Assembly (NCBI GenBank): GCA_007378955.1
Contig: VMGY01000005.1
Location: 1-56,302 of the forward strand
Direction of reading: 5' to 3'
Source: Parcubacteria group bacterium Athens0714_12
GTDB taxonomy: Bacteria > Patescibacteriota > Patescibacteriia > UBA2591 > VMGY01
Length of the DNA stretch: 56,302 nucleotides
Part shown: piece after piece, positions 25,710 through 37,600 of the stretch
How positions within the stretch are numbered: the first letter of the stretch is position 1
How the letters are laid out: each line of letters opens with the position of its first letter
Notes under the pieces: generated by a model
Told to the model about the DNA's origin: nothing
Databases searched by the model: none
What the model saw: the letters and a program-made list of their open reading frames with translations, nothing else
Made by a program: the position numbers and the translations under genes

Positions 25710-26909
25710 TTAATTAATAATTTTTATCACCACGCCCGCTCCCACTGTATGGCTTCCTTCTCTAATAGCAAATCTTTGTTGTTCTTCTAAAGCTATCGGC
25801 GCGATTAACTTAACTTTTAATTTAACCGTGTCCCCCGGCATAACCATTTCCGTTCCTTCGGGCAGTTCCACATTGCCAGTTACATCAGTGGTTCTGATAT
25901 AAAATTGCGGTTTATATCCTTTAAAGAAAGGGGTGTGTCTTCCGCCTTCTTCTTTAGTTAAAACATAAATCTCGCCTTCAAATTCAGTATGAGGGGTGAC
26001 ACTGCCTGGCTTAACGATTACCTGGCCTCTTTCAATATCTTCCTTTTTCACGCTTCGCAATAAAATACCCGCGTTGTCTCCCGCTCTTCCTTCATCCAAG
26101 GATTTATTAAACATTTCAATTCCAGTAACGACGGTTTTAACTGTTGGCTTAATACCGACAATCTCAACTTCTTCATTGACTTTTATTAATCCTCTTTCAA
26201 TTCTGCCGGTAGCCACCGTGCCTCTGCCTGAAATAGAGAAAATATCTTCAACACCCATTAAAAATGGTTTATCAATTTCTCTTGCTGGTTCAGGAATATA
26301 TTCGTCAATCGTGCTGATTAATTTTAAAATCGGACCGCAGTGCGGGCAATCTTCTTTGCCGCAGCCGCAAGCTAAAGCTTTGGTGGCAGAACCCTGAATT
26401 ATCGGGGTTTCATCGCCGGGAAATTTATATTTCTTTAATAAATCCCTTATTTCTTCTTGAACCAAATCTACCAATTCCTTATCTTCAACCATATCAATTT
26501 TATTCAAGAAAACCACGATATGAGGAACGCCCACTTGGCGGGCCAATAAAATATGCTCCCTGGTTTGAGGCATCGGGCCGTCTGGAGCGGAAACAACTAA
26601 AATCGCGCCATCCATTTGAGCGGCGCCGGTAATCATATTTTTTACGTAATCGGCATGTCCCGGACAATCAATATGAGCATAATGTCTTTTTGCTGATTCA
26701 TATTCAACATGGGCAATAGCAATGGTAATGCCTCTCTCTTTTTCTTCAGGAGCGTTATCAATTTGGTCTACTCCTTTGGCCTGCGCTTTAAAACCAGCCG
26801 CGCCTAAACATTTTAAAATAGCGGCGGTTAAAGTGGTTTTACCATGATCAACATGGCCAATAGTTCCAATATTGATATGAGGTTTAGTTCTTTCAAATTT
26901 TTCTGCCAT
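25710..26909 (-). CDS. tuf: Elongation factor Tu
   Basis: [14 protein letters not shown]...[25 protein letters not shown]...NKID. An AAGGAG Shine-Dalgarno sequence lies upstream. Confidence 0.95.
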   Translation of the reverse strand: MAEKFERTKPHINIGTIGHVDHGKTTLTAAILKCLGAAGFKAQAKGVDQIDNAPEEKERGITIAIAHVEYESAKRHYAHIDCPGHADYVKNMITGAAQMDGAILVVSAPDGPMPQTREHILLARQVGVPHIVVFLNKIDMVEDKELVDLVQEEIRDLLKKYKFPGDETPIIQGSATKALACGCGKEDCPHCGPILKLISTIDEYIPEPAREIDKPFLMGVEDIFSISGRGTVATGRIERGLIKVNEEVEIVGIKPTVKTVVTGIEMFNKSLDEGRAGDNAGILLRSVKKEDIERGQVIVKPGSVTPHTEFEGEIYVLTKEEGGRHTPFFKGYKPQFYIRTTDVTGNVELPEGTEMVMPGDTVKLKVKLIAPIALEEQQRFAIREGSHTVGAGVVIKIIN

Positions 26910-27057
26910 ATAATTTAACTCCTTTTGATATAATGCAAATCTACAAATTTATTCGAATGCTACGAATGAATTAAATAAATTTTCTTAATTCAATGTCATT
27001 CGTGGCATTCGGATACTTATTTATAGTATTCGAATTATATTTATATTTATTTTATTT

Positions 27058-27366
27058 TTATTTTATCGGCTCAATTTCATAATCTTGTCTTACTTCTTCT
27101 TTTTCTATTTCTTCTAAATTTTTAAAGTTGTTTGCTTCTATCTTTTTTTCTTCCTGCTCTTCTTTATAAAAAGCAATTTCTTTATTTATTTTATCTATTA
27201 ATTCTTCTTTTGTCAAGTCCTTGAAGCTATCTTTACTAAAAGCCAATTTTTCGTATTCTTTGAAGCCCATCATTACCAAACAAGGCTCGCCTTCATTTAC
27301 GACAATAATTTTATCCCCTGTTCTTTGAATTAACTTTATTATCTTATCCAAACTATTTTTATTCAT
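27058..27366 (-). CDS. Hypothetical acidic 102-aa protein inserted between fusA and tuf
   Basis: ORF only, with no recognisable motif. It has coding-like periodicity and sits in an otherwise conserved fusA-tuf junction. Confidence 0.35.
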   Translation of the reverse strand: MNKNSLDKIIKLIQRTGDKIIVVNEGEPCLVMMGFKEYEKLAFSKDSFKDLTKEELIDKINKEIAFYKEEQEEKKIEANNFKNLEEIEKEEVRQDYEIEPIK

Positions 27367-27415
27367 AAATTTTATAATATTATAAAACGCTCAAAAAAGC
27401 AAGATTCTATTACTT

Positions 27416-29488
27416 CTACTTCTTTTTCCCCTCGGCAATCTCTTTTTCTATATTTTTTGGCACTTCTTGATAATGGGCAAATTCCATGCTATAACTGCCT
27501 CTTCCTTGAGTCATTGACCTTAATTGAGTCGCGTAGCCAAACATTCCCGACAAAGGAACAAAAGCGTCAATAATTTTCATTTGTCCTCTTTCGCGAAATT
27601 CTTGAATTTGAGCTCTTTTGGATTGCAAGTCTCCCATTGTTTCGCCCATAAATTGCTCGGGTATAACCACTTCTATTTTCATCATCGGCTCTAAGAGAAT
27701 CGGCTTGGCATTTCTTGCCGCTTCTTGAAATGCTCTGTTAGCGGCAATTTTAAAAGCAAGCTCGGATGAATCCACGTCATGATAACTGCCATGGTAAACC
27801 GCTACTTTTATATCAATCATCGGGTAGCCGGCAATAACCCCATTATTCATTGATTCTTTTGCCCCTTTCATAATCGCGGAAATAAATTCTTGGGGGATGA
27901 TGCCTCCCTTGATCTCATTGACAAATTCAAAATTTTTCCCTCTTTCCAATGGTTCAAGTCTAAGCCAACAATCTCCATATTGCCCATGCCCGCCGCTCTG
28001 ATGGACATATTTTCCTTGAGCGCTGGCAGTGCCCTTAATTGTTTCTTTATAAGCCACTTGCGGCACGCCGACATTGGCTTCTACTTTAAATTCTCTTTTC
28101 ATTCTTTCCACTAATATTTCCAAATGCAATTCTCCCATTCCTGAAATAATAGTCTGTTGGGTTTCTTCATTGGTTTTTACTTTAAAAGTGGGGTCTTCAG
28201 CCATTAATTTACTTAAAGCCGTCCCCATTTTTTCTTGGTCGGCTTTAGTCTTTGGTTCAATAGCAACGGAAATAACCGGGTCGGGAAAATCAATGGACTC
28301 CAAAATAACCGGGTGTTCGGGATCGCATAAAGTGTGGCCGGTAAAAGTATTTTTTAATCCCACGGCGGCGGCGATTTCTCCGGCATAAACTTCCTTTACT
28401 TCTTCTCTTTTATTGGCGTGCATTCTTACTATTCTTCCTATTCTTTCCCTTTCGCCGGTTCTTGTGTTTAGAACATAACTGCCCGCGGACAATGCGCCTG
28501 AATAAGCTCTAAAATAACAAAGATTGCCGATAAAAGGGTCGGAAGCGATTTTAAAAGCTAAAGCGGCGAATGAATCTTCGTCATTTGTTTTTATAATTAT
28601 TTTTTCTTTAGTTTTAAAATCAAGCCCTTCCAAAGGAGGAACTTCTATAGGGGAAGGCAAATAATCACAAACAGAATCTAATAAATATTGGACTCCTTTA
28701 TTTTTTAAAGCAGAACCGCAAAGCACCGGCACTAATTTCGTTTCTATTGTCGCTTTTCTTAAAGCTCTTTTCAAATCTTCTACTTTTATTTCTTTTCCTT
28801 CTAAATATTGGTGCATTAATTCGTCATTGTGCTCTACAATCGCCTCAACTAACTTGTGGCGATATTCTTCCACTTGCTCTTTCATTTCTTCCGGAGGATC
28901 TTCTTCTCTTATTTCTTTGCCCATTTCGTCCAAATATATTCTTGCTTTTCTATTGAATAAATCTATGACTCCTTTGAAATTTTCTTCCTTGCCGATTGGC
29001 AATTGGACGGGAATGGCGTTTTTTGTCAGTCTCTCGTGAATCGCTTTTAGAGAATTATAAAAATCTGCCCCCAAACGGTCCATTTTATTTATAAAAGCAA
29101 TTAAAGGAACATGAAATTTTTCCGCTTGATGCCAAACAGTTTCACTTTGAGGCTCAACGCCAGCCACGCCGTCAAAAACCACCACGCCGCCATCTAAAAC
29201 CCTTAAGCTTCTTTGCACTTCAGCGGTAAAATCTATATGGCCGGGAGTATCAATAAGATTAATCCGGCAATCCTTCCAAAAACAAGTTGTCGCGGCTGCT
29301 GTAATGGTAATTCCTCTTTCCCTTTCTTGTTCCATCCAATCCATTTCCGCCGCGCCTTCATGAACTTCGCCGATTTTATGCTTTTTTCCGGTATAATACA
29401 AAATACGCTCGGAAACAGTAGTTTTTCCGGCGTCAATATGGGCGATAATGCCGATGTTTCTAATTTTTTCTAAAGCGTAATCTCTCAT
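27416..29488 (-). CDS. fusA: Elongation factor G
   Basis: [20 protein letters not shown]...[12 protein letters not shown]...; 690 aa. Confidence 0.95.
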   Translation of the reverse strand: MRDYALEKIRNIGIIAHIDAGKTTVSERILYYTGKKHKIGEVHEGAAEMDWMEQERERGITITAAATTCFWKDCRINLIDTPGHIDFTAEVQRSLRVLDGGVVVFDGVAGVEPQSETVWHQAEKFHVPLIAFINKMDRLGADFYNSLKAIHERLTKNAIPVQLPIGKEENFKGVIDLFNRKARIYLDEMGKEIREEDPPEEMKEQVEEYRHKLVEAIVEHNDELMHQYLEGKEIKVEDLKRALRKATIETKLVPVLCGSALKNKGVQYLLDSVCDYLPSPIEVPPLEGLDFKTKEKIIIKTNDEDSFAALAFKIASDPFIGNLCYFRAYSGALSAGSYVLNTRTGERERIGRIVRMHANKREEVKEVYAGEIAAAVGLKNTFTGHTLCDPEHPVILESIDFPDPVISVAIEPKTKADQEKMGTALSKLMAEDPTFKVKTNEETQQTIISGMGELHLEILVERMKREFKVEANVGVPQVAYKETIKGTASAQGKYVHQSGGHGQYGDCWLRLEPLERGKNFEFVNEIKGGIIPQEFISAIMKGAKESMNNGVIAGYPMIDIKVAVYHGSYHDVDSSELAFKIAANRAFQEAARNAKPILLEPMMKIEVVIPEQFMGETMGDLQSKRAQIQEFRERGQMKIIDAFVPLSGMFGYATQLRSMTQGRGSYSMEFAHYQEVPKNIEKEIAEGKKK

Positions 29489-29590
29489 AATAGTGTCATT
29501 GCGAGGAGCGACTGGAAGGAGCGACGCGGCAATCCCGTGGGATTAACACGGGATCCTTCGGTCGTCCGCCAGCTGGCAGACTCCTTCAGG
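29489..29590. repeat. MITE-like element, family 1, copy D, in the fusA/rpsG spacer
   Basis: gtcattgcgaggagcgactggaaggagcgacgcggcaatcccgtgggatt...cttcaggatgac. The left arm is identical to the unit at 6911. Confidence 0.65.
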
Positions 29591-29605
29591 ATGACAGCCT
29601 TACTG

Positions 29606-30073
29606 TCATCTGGCGAAATGGGCAAACGCGCGATTAGCTTGGGCCATTCGGTAAATATCCTCTTTCTTTTTAATAGCCGCTCCTTGTTTATTAAATGCTT
29701 CCATTAATTCTTCGGCTAATTTTTCTTTCATCGGTTTCCCTTTTTTTGACCTCGCCGCTTGAATAAGCCAACGGAAAGACAAAGCCAATCCTCTTTCTCT
29801 AAGAACAGGAAAAGGAATTTGATAATTAGCGCCGCCGATTCTTTTTGATTTAATTTCTACTTCCGGGGTAACATTTTTCAACGCTTGCTCAAAAACTTCC
29901 AAAGGGTCTTGCTTAGTTTTTTGCCTGATTATATCAAAAGCGCCATAAACTATTTTTTGCGCGATAGTTTTTTTGCCTCTTTCCATTATATGGTTAATTA
30001 ATTTAGCGATAACCAAACTATTAAATTTCGGATCGGCTAAAATTTTTCTTTTTGTCGCCTGTTTTCCTCTCAT
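29606..30073 (-). CDS. rpsG: 30S ribosomal protein S7
   Basis: MRGKQATKRKILADPKFNS... Confidence 0.9.
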   Translation of the reverse strand: MRGKQATKRKILADPKFNSLVIAKLINHIMERGKKTIAQKIVYGAFDIIRQKTKQDPLEVFEQALKNVTPEVEIKSKRIGGANYQIPFPVLRERGLALSFRWLIQAARSKKGKPMKEKLAEELMEAFNKQGAAIKKKEDIYRMAQANRAFAHFAR

Positions 30074-30156
30074 ACCAAATTTTTTTAAATTTTAGAAATA
30101 ATTTTGTCTAAATTTTCTTCGTTACTAAAGCAACTTTGAAAATTTAAACAAAATCG

Positions 30157-30573
30157 TTATTTTTCTTTCTTGGCTCCATAGATAGACCTGCCCTGTTTTC
30201 TATTCGCCACGCCGGCGCTATCATAAACTCCTCTAATGATGTGGTATTTCACGCCTGGCAAATCCTTAACCCTGCCGCCTCTTATTAAAACAATTGAATG
30301 CTCCTGAAGGTTATGGCCAATCCCGGGAATATAAGCAGTTACTTCTTCGCCGGAAGAAAGCCTGACCCTGGCAATCTTTCTTAAAGCGGAATTTGGTTTT
30401 TTGGGTGTGGTTGTCGTCACCTTTAAGCAAACGCCTCTTTTAAAAGGACTGCCTTTGGGAAGTTGATGTTTTCTTCTTTTTAAAACATTTAAAATCGGCT
30501 GCAATGCAGGCGACTTGGATTTCTTTTTTTTTGTCTTTCTTCCATTTCTAATTAATTGGTTGATTGTAGACAT
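30157..30573 (-). CDS. rpsL: 30S ribosomal protein S12
   Basis: [13 protein letters not shown]...[15 protein letters not shown]. Confidence 0.9.
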   Translation of the reverse strand: MSTINQLIRNGRKTKKKKSKSPALQPILNVLKRRKHQLPKGSPFKRGVCLKVTTTTPKKPNSALRKIARVRLSSGEEVTAYIPGIGHNLQEHSIVLIRGGRVKDLPGVKYHIIRGVYDSAGVANRKQGRSIYGAKKEK

Positions 30574-30677
30574 ATTTTATTAATATTAACCATTTTAAAA
30601 ATTAAGTCAAGAGTTTTATTCTCTATTTATCTTAAAAAACAACAAGCTTGTATAATTAAAAAGCATTTTGATTATTT

Positions 30678-30717
30678 TTTCAAAAAAAACCTGCGACTAC
30701 TTTTTCAGCGCGGGTTT
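30678..30717 (-). terminator. Putative Rho-independent terminator downstream of tRNA-Ala on the minus strand
   Basis: Minus-strand hairpin cccgcg-ctgaaaaagtagt-cgcagg followed by an eight-T run. Confidence 0.45.
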
Positions 30718-30895
30718 TAATAATTAAAGTAATTAAAATTTTAAATATCGCGAGTAAAGCTTGCCATTGCTTGCCATTAAAATTCCCGAAACAACAATTC
30801 TCAAATTCTCTTTCTTTTAATTTATTTAATTATTTTATTTAAATCTCAAAAAATAAAATTTATTATTTTTTGATTTATTTATTATTAATTGTATT

Positions 30896-30972
30896 TGGTG
30901 GACCCAGTGGGACTTGAACCCACGACCTTCTCGATGCCATCGAGACACTCTGGCCAACTGAGCTATGGGCCC
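30896..30972 (-). tRNA. tRNA-Ala (anticodon GGC)
   Basis: The minus-strand sequence gggcccatagctcagttggccagagtgtctcgatggcatcgagaaggtcgtgggttcaagtcccactgggtccacca folds as a cloverleaf. It has the G3:U70 Ala identity pair, a GGC anticodon in the loop aUGGCau, a GTTCAAGT T-loop and an encoded CCA. Confidence 0.85.
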
Positions 30973-31070
30973 TTTAACTATTTTTATTTTATTAAAAAAC
31001 AAACTTCATTGCAAATAAAAATAGTATGGTTTTTAAACCAATTTTATCAATAAACCTTTTAAAAAATGAT

Positions 31071-31232
31071 TTACTTTTTTGAAGGCAAAATTCTGAACAT
31101 TTTAGTGCCGCAATCAGGACAAACGCCGCTTAAGGCTCTTCCTTTTTTGCCGCCTTTTCTATTCATAACTACTTCTTTGGCATCCTTCATTTCTTTTTTA
31201 GCTTTGCATTTTACGCAGTAAGCTTCTGACAT
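31071..31232 (-). CDS. Small (53-aa) C4 zinc-ribbon protein
   Basis: MSEAYCVKCKAKKEMKDAKEVVMNRKGGKKGRALSGVCPDCGTKMFRILPSKK. It is below the 60-aa ORF-track cutoff. It has two CxxC pairs and is tightly packed between tRNA-Ala and ruvB. Confidence 0.45.
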   Translation of the reverse strand: MSEAYCVKCKAKKEMKDAKEVVMNRKGGKKGRALSGVCPDCGTKMFRILPSKK

Positions 31233-31259
31233 AATTTTTTTATTAATTTAATAAATTAT

Positions 31260-32279
31260 TTATAATAACGACTTTTGTAATTTTTTGGGATATTGGCAAT
31301 TAAAATGCTGATAAGCTGATTCTGTTGCTACTCTTCCTTTCGGGGTTCTGCTTAAAAAACCTATTTGAATTAAAAATGGTTCGCTTACTTCTTCAACCGT
31401 GTCCTGTTCCTCGGAAATTGCGGCGGCAATCGTGCTTAACCCCACCGGGCCTCCTTTAAATTTTTTTATCATTACTTCCATGACTTTTTTATCCAAATTA
31501 TCCAAACCGATTTCATCAATCTCTAATAAATTTAAAGTTTCCGCGATTAATTTTTTATTTATTATTTCTGATTTTTTAACTTGCGCGTAATCCCGAACTC
31601 TTTTTAAAAGCCGATTGGCCACTCGCGGCGTTCTTCTCGCTCTTTTCGCCAATTCCGCTATCGCCTCTTCTTCTATTTGAATGTCTAAAATTTTTGCCGA
31701 ACGTTCTATAATTTTTCCAATGTCTTCATTTTCATAAAAATTCAAACAATAAACCATTCCGAATCGGTCTCTTAACGGCGAAGAAATGCGGCTCACTCTT
31801 GTCGTCGCACCGATTAAAGTAAAGCGCGGCAAATTTATTCTCACGCTTTGCGCCATCGGCCCCTTGCCAATCACCAAATCTAAAACATATTCTTCCAAGG
31901 CCGGATAAAGAACTTCTTCAACCGCCTTATTCAAGCGATGCATTTCATCAATAAACAAAACATCTCCTTCTTGCAAATTAGTCAAAATAGCGGCTAAGTC
32001 GCCAGCTCTTTCTATCGCCGGGCCAGAGGTAACTTTAATTTTAACACCCATTTCCTGCGCGATAATGTAAGAAAGCGTTGTTTTGCCTAATCCGGGCGAA
32101 CCATGTAAAAGAACATGCTCTAAAGATTCTTTTCTTTCTAATGCCGCCTGCATAAAAATTTTCAAACTCTTTCTGATTTTTTCTTGGCCTATATACTCAG
32201 ATAAAACTCTCGGCCTAAGAGTCCTGTCTAAAAATTCATCTTCTGTTTTTTGTTGCTTAAAAGCAACTTTTTTTTCCAT
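31260..32279 (-). CDS. ruvB: Holliday junction branch-migration ATPase RuvB
   Basis: [19 protein letters not shown]...[18 protein letters not shown]...[11 protein letters not shown]. Confidence 0.9.
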   Translation of the reverse strand: MEKKVAFKQQKTEDEFLDRTLRPRVLSEYIGQEKIRKSLKIFMQAALERKESLEHVLLHGSPGLGKTTLSYIIAQEMGVKIKVTSGPAIERAGDLAAILTNLQEGDVLFIDEMHRLNKAVEEVLYPALEEYVLDLVIGKGPMAQSVRINLPRFTLIGATTRVSRISSPLRDRFGMVYCLNFYENEDIGKIIERSAKILDIQIEEEAIAELAKRARRTPRVANRLLKRVRDYAQVKKSEIINKKLIAETLNLLEIDEIGLDNLDKKVMEVMIKKFKGGPVGLSTIAAAISEEQDTVEEVSEPFLIQIGFLSRTPKGRVATESAYQHFNCQYPKKLQKSLL

Positions 32280-32394
32280 ACCCGGTAGTACAACCCTGAG
32301 ATTAATATGCTAAATCCCAAAATTGTCAATTAAATATTAATTTTGTATTAGCCCTGACAACACAACTTTTTAATGTTGTACTACCGGGCGTATT

Positions 32395-33090
32395 TTAAAT
32401 TTTAATCCTGATTCCCGGACCCATGGTGGAGCAAATAGTAACTGATTTAATGAAAATTCCTTTAGCGGAACTTGGTTTTGATTTTCTGACTATTTCTAAA
32501 AAAGCTTGAAAATTTTCTTTTATTTTATCAGCTTCCCATGAAACTTTTCCTATCACTTGATGAAGATTTCCGGTGTCATCATTTTTAAAAATAATTTTTC
32601 CTTTTTGTAAAATATTAATTATGCCTTTTATGTCCGTACCCACTGTTTCATTTTTAGGAGAAGGCATTAGGCCGCGAGGGCCTAAAATTTTAGCGATTTG
32701 CGCTAATTTAGGCATCATTTTCGGTTCCGCGACCGCGATATCAAAATCCGCTTTTTTCGCTTCTTTGATTTGATTGATTAAATCTTCGCCGCCGCTCAAA
32801 AAAGCTCCGGCTTCTTTTGCTTCATTAATTTTTTCCGGACTAACAAAAGCGGCAATTCTTAATTTTTTTCCGACATTATGAGGAAAAATAATACTGCTCC
32901 TTGTTTGTTGTTCGGTTTTTTTAGGGTCAATGCCTAACTTGATGTGCGCTTCCACGCTTCCCTCAAATTTGGTATGAGAATTTTCTTTGACAAGCTTAAT
33001 CGCCTCATCTATGTCGTAGATTTTTGTTTTGTCTGTCTTTGATTTGATTGTCTGATTTTTTTTTGAATGTTTCATAATTTTTATTATCAA
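32395..33090 (-). CDS. rplA: 50S ribosomal protein L1
   Basis: ...FDIAVAEPKMMPKLAQIAKILGPRGLMPSPK... The start is probably MKHSKK at 33075. Confidence 0.85.
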   Translation of the reverse strand: MIIKIMKHSKKNQTIKSKTDKTKIYDIDEAIKLVKENSHTKFEGSVEAHIKLGIDPKKTEQQTRSSIIFPHNVGKKLRIAAFVSPEKINEAKEAGAFLSGGEDLINQIKEAKKADFDIAVAEPKMMPKLAQIAKILGPRGLMPSPKNETVGTDIKGIINILQKGKIIFKNDDTGNLHQVIGKVSWEADKIKENFQAFLEIVRKSKPSSAKGIFIKSVTICSTMGPGIRIKI

Positions 33091-33153
33091 GCGAGCGAGC
33101 GTAGATAATACAAGGTTAATATCTCATCAGCTTGCTCCGAGATTTAATACCCT

Positions 33154-33582
33154 TTATTTATCCGATATTTCTATCCCCATCTGCCTTGCCGTCCCTTCTA
33201 TTATTTTAATAGCCTGATTTATATCATCCGTATTTAAATCGGATATTTTTCTCTCGGCTATTTCTCTTAACTGGGCCTTAGTTACTTTGCCTACTTTTTG
33301 CTTAAGAGCATTGCCTGATCCTTTTTCAATGCTAGCCGCTTTTTTTAATAATACGGAAGCAGGAGGCGTTTTGCAAATAAAGGCATAAGTGCGATCTTCA
33401 AAGACCGTAATCTCTACCGGAATAGTATCATTTCCTTTTTCTTTGGTCGCTTCATTAAATTTAAGGCAAAATTCCTGAATATTTAAACCATGCTGCCCCA
33501 AAGCAGGGCCAACTGGCGGCGCTGGATTTGCTTTGCCGGCAGTAATTTGAAGCTTAATCATTGTTTTTATTTTTTTAGCCAT
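33154..33582 (-). CDS. rplK: 50S ribosomal protein L11
   Basis: [43 protein letters not shown]-like. Confidence 0.9.
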   Translation of the reverse strand: MAKKIKTMIKLQITAGKANPAPPVGPALGQHGLNIQEFCLKFNEATKEKGNDTIPVEITVFEDRTYAFICKTPPASVLLKKAASIEKGSGNALKQKVGKVTKAQLREIAERKISDLNTDDINQAIKIIEGTARQMGIEISDK

Positions 33583-33687
33583 ATTTTTTTATTAGTATCA
33601 TTAGTATTCACTTTGTTAAATAATTTGCGAAGCAAATTAAAATTAAAAATTTTATTTAACAGGGTAAATTAGTATATTAGCATCGAT

Positions 33688-34233
33688 TTAAATTTTCTTT
33701 ACCTGTAAAAAGTCCAACTCTACCGGCGTTTCTCTGCCAAACATTGAAACTAAAATTTTTACTTTCCCTCTCGCTTCATCAATCTCGCTCACTTTGCCTT
33801 CAAAGGTCTTGAACGGACCATCGATAATTTTTACCGGCATGCCAAGATTAACGTTAATTTTATATTTTGGCTCTTCAACTCCCATTCTCTTTTGAATCGC
33901 TTTAATTTCTTCCTCTGAAATAGGGGTGGGGGTAATGCCGGAACCAATAAAACCGGTCACATTAGGCGTGTTCCTAACCACATACCATGAATCATCGGTC
34001 ACAATCATTTCCACTAAAACATATCCTGAAAAAATTTTCTCTTCCACTATTTTTCTTTTGCCATTTTTGATTTTAATTTTCTTTTCCGTGGGAATAAGAA
34101 CGTTAAAAATCTTATCCTGCATATCTATTGATTCAATCCTTTGATTCAAATTATGGACCACATTTTCTTCATAACCAGAATAAGTATGTATCGCGTACCA
34201 TCTTTTTCCTTGTTGTAAAACTTGCTTAGGCAT
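33688..34233 (-). CDS. nusG: Transcription termination/antitermination factor NusG
   Basis: KRWYAIHTYSGYEENV (NGN domain) ... C-terminal KOW motif GMPVKIIDGPFKTFEGKVSEID. Confidence 0.85.
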   Translation of the reverse strand: MPKQVLQQGKRWYAIHTYSGYEENVVHNLNQRIESIDMQDKIFNVLIPTEKKIKIKNGKRKIVEEKIFSGYVLVEMIVTDDSWYVVRNTPNVTGFIGSGITPTPISEEEIKAIQKRMGVEEPKYKINVNLGMPVKIIDGPFKTFEGKVSEIDEARGKVKILVSMFGRETPVELDFLQVKKI

Positions 34234-34251
34234 TTTTAATAATAAAAATTA

Positions 34252-34440
34252 TTATTTAATAATCGCTTTCTCTATTCCAAAAGTCAAGATAAAATCTATT
34301 AAACCCAAAAAAACGGCCATTGCCAAACTAACGCCTATCACCAATAAAGTATAGTTTGTGATTGTTTTTTTATTAGGCCAATTAACTTTCTTTAATTCTA
34401 TTTTTGAATTTTTTACGTAATTAATGATTTTATTAAACAT
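34252..34440 (-). CDS. secE: Preprotein translocase subunit SecE
   Basis: 62 aa with a single TM segment; ELKKVNWPNKKTITNYTLLVIGVSLAMAVFLGLIDFIL; it sits immediately upstream of nusG. Confidence 0.75.
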   Translation of the reverse strand: MFNKIINYVKNSKIELKKVNWPNKKTITNYTLLVIGVSLAMAVFLGLIDFILTFGIEKAIIK

Positions 34441-34602
34441 CTTGGTTTTTAAAAAGACCCTTAAGAGGCCTTATTCTTATGGTATATTTTATACTAAAAA
34501 AAGTCAAGATACCCCCACCTATCCCAAAGAACGATATTTTCAATTCTTTATTTTTATCGCGGAAACGCCTTCGGCTTTGTCTTATTTTAAATTACTGTCT
34601 TT

Positions 34603-37600
34603 TTAAATATCTAAATTTTTGACACTCTTGGCGTGCGTTTGGATGAATTTTTTTCTTGGCCCGACTTCCGAACCCATCAAGATTTCAAAGATTTCATCCG
34701 CTTTTTCAGCATCTTCAATGCCTACTTGCCTCATTGTTCTTGTTTCCGGATTCATGGTAGTCTCCCAAAGCTGGTCTGGGTTCATTTCTCCCAATCCTTT
34801 ATATCTTTGGATATTTGGCTGATCTTTCGTTTCTTTTAATATTTCGTCCTTCTCTTCATCCGAGTAAGCGTATTTTGATTTTTTATTTATTTGTATCTTG
34901 TAAAGAGGCGGCCGGGCGATATAAAGATAGCCATTTTTTATAATATCCGGAAAATATCTATAAAAAAGTGTTAAAAGCAAGGTTCTGATATGGGCGCCGT
35001 CAACATCAGCATCTGTCATTATAACAATCCGCTGATAACGCAATCCGCTGATATCAAATTGTTCGCCGATATTAGTGCCTAAAGCGACAATGAGCGCTTT
35101 TATTTCATTATTAGCCAGCATTTTATCCAGCCGCGCCTTTTCCACGTTTAAAATTTTTCCTCTTAAAGGAAGAATTGCTTGATTCCTTCTATCCCTTCCC
35201 TGTTTGCAACTATTATGAACAAAAACTCCCGAAGCTAACGCAAAATTGTGGGTATTCTCAACTTCTAAATCATAAACGTCTATTTTTTTATTTATTATTT
35301 CTAATTTTTTAATTTTGTGATTATAATTAAAAACTGCTTCTTTTAATTCTTTCTCATTGCCATTAAAGAAACGTTGACAAATTGTTTCATACCTTAAAAG
35401 ACTCTTGTCATTTTTTTGCAATCTTTCTTTTTGATATTTTTCCTTATTAAGTTCTCCATATTTTTCAAAAATCTCTTTCATTAATTTAAAAGATTTCTCT
35501 TGATAAGTCTGATTATAGGTTTCTCTTCTCTTGGCTCTAAATTTTGAAGTCCACTGCTCTTTCGTTTTTTGCCTCCGCCATCTTAAAAGCTCTTCATTCT
35601 GCCATTGCCTCTTTGCTTCTTCGGAAAGTTCCTTCTTTTTTTCAGGATGTTTGCAAAAATATTCCTTCACCCTTTCAGCTTGTTTTATTCTATTATTAGA
35701 ATTACTCCAATATCTTTTTTGACTTTCAAATAAAAGTTCATTGTTTTTTTCTTGATATTGCGGATTTTTTTTATAAAATTCAAGGGATTTTTGAATCATA
35801 TATTGCTTATACTCTTTATTCTCCCATTGTTTTTTTGCTCTCTCGCTCAACATCCTTCTCATTTTAGGAGTAGTCATAAATCTTCTTATCTTCTCCCTGT
35901 ATTCTTGCGATTGACGCGTCTTCCTGGATTTTTCCTTAACATCTTCCCGATGAAGACCAAATTTAATCATTTGACGATGGTATTCCCAATGATCTTCTTT
36001 TGGCATTCGCTTTATATTCTCTGGATTATTATTCAATTTATTAAAATCAATATGGTGTTTATCTGAATCGTTTATCTCTGAATAAATCCCGTTTTTGAGA
36101 TTATAATCATCAGCCAAAAGATGGGTGAAAATCCATTTTCTTTTTTCTGGATCAAAAATCATTTCATATCCTTCTATGGTAATCCTTCCTTCTTTTTTAG
36201 AATATTTTTTTCGCAAAGGCATTAAGGAATCTTTTACGGTTAAATCTTTCGCCATTTTATATGTCCCGTCTCTTAACATAAATTTGTGGTCTAAGGTACA
36301 TATTATTTCCTTATTATTATCAAGCGCCACTTTAATAACTTCAGTATCAATCTTTGTTCTCCTCGGATTCTCAATTAATCCGATTCCAATAGTTCCGTCA
36401 TTTCTGATTGTATAACAATAATTCTTTTTTCCTTCACCATATTCCTGAACTAATTGCTTAAAGGATAAATTTCGCCCGTCAGTTAAAGCTACTTCGGTAT
36501 CTTCTCCAAAACAGCCGCCGGCGCTGTCGCCTTCAACGATAAATAACTCGCTTTCCTCGGGACTTTTGGAACTGCAATCTGATAATTTGCCCGGCAAAGT
36601 CAAACCGTCCAAAACTCCTTTTCTTAAAACGGTTTCTCTGGCGGCTCTGGCCGCCTGCCTCGCCCGGGAAGCTAAAATCGCCTTGCCGATAATCGCCTCC
36701 CCTGTTTTCGGATTTTCTTCTAAAAAATTAGAAAAATATTCATTAAATAAAGTGTCAACTATTTGCCTGACTTCTGGATTGCCTAATTTAGTTTTTGTCT
36801 GGCCTTCAAATTGAGGGTCGCTTGCTTTAACGCTGATTACCGCGGTTAACCCCTCTCTGATGTCATCACCGCTCAAATTTTCGTCTTTTTCTTTTAAATA
36901 ACTTTTTTGGCGAGCATAACTGTTCAGCGCTCTTGTTAAAGCGGTCCTAAAACCGACTAAATGGGAGCCTCCTTCGTGCGTATTAATATTATTGGCGAAA
37001 CTGAAAACAGTTTCTTTGTATTCATTGGTATATTGCAAAGCAATTTCTACTTTTACGCCATTAAGTTCTCTTTCCAAATAAAAAATGTCTTCGTGCTTCG
37101 CCGAATTAGTTCTGTTTAAGTGGCGGACATAAGAGCTGATTCCGCCTTCAAAATAAAATTGATAAATATAATTGGATTCTTGGCGATTATCAATGATTGT
37201 AAATTTAACTCCTTTTGTCAAATATGCTTGTTGCCTCAAATGATTTATAACCAAATCCCAATTATACTCTATTTTAGGAAAAATTTCCGGGTCGGGCTGA
37301 AAAATAATTGTTGTTCCCCTTTCTTTTGTTTTGCCTATTGCTTTCACCTTTTTTAATGGGTCGCCCTGGCGATACTCCTGCGCATAAATATCGCCGTCTC
37401 TTTTTACTTCCGCTCTTAGATAAATAGATAAAGCGTTAACCACGCTCACGCCCACGCCATGCAAACCGCCGGAAACTTTATAAGCCTGATTTTCAAATTT
37501 GCCGCCAGCATGCAGTTTGGTTAATACCACTTCTAAAGCCGATTTGCCTGTTGGCTTATGGATATCAACCGGAATTCCTCTGCCATTATCAGAAACTCTG

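Noticed and set aside
26910-27057. Repeated attcgaatg / cattcg motifs in the tuf / 27058-ORF spacer, which might be an element.
   Set aside because: The repeats are short and imperfect and are not found elsewhere in the window.
10073-29473. Dozens of 60-160-aa ORFs on the + strand inside ribosomal-protein, tuf, fusA and secY genes (for example 18704-19198 and 25996-26397).
   Set aside because: They are antisense shadows of strongly supported minus-strand genes in low-GC sequence.
30574-30640. A TTGACT -35-like hexamer 30 bp upstream of rpsL, which would imply a near-leaderless S12 mRNA.
   Set aside because: The -10 assignment is ambiguous in AT-rich sequence. It is too speculative without transcript data.
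34441-34602. A possible tRNA, for example tRNA-Trp, between secE and gyrB.
   Set aside because: I could not find a cloverleaf, a GTTC T-loop or a matching acceptor stem on either strand.
35212-36513. A LAGLIDADG homing endonuclease inside the gyrB intein ([12 protein letters not shown] looked superficially similar).
   Set aside because: It does not match the LAGLIDADG spacing and there is no second motif. The insert is a K/E/Q-rich repeat instead.
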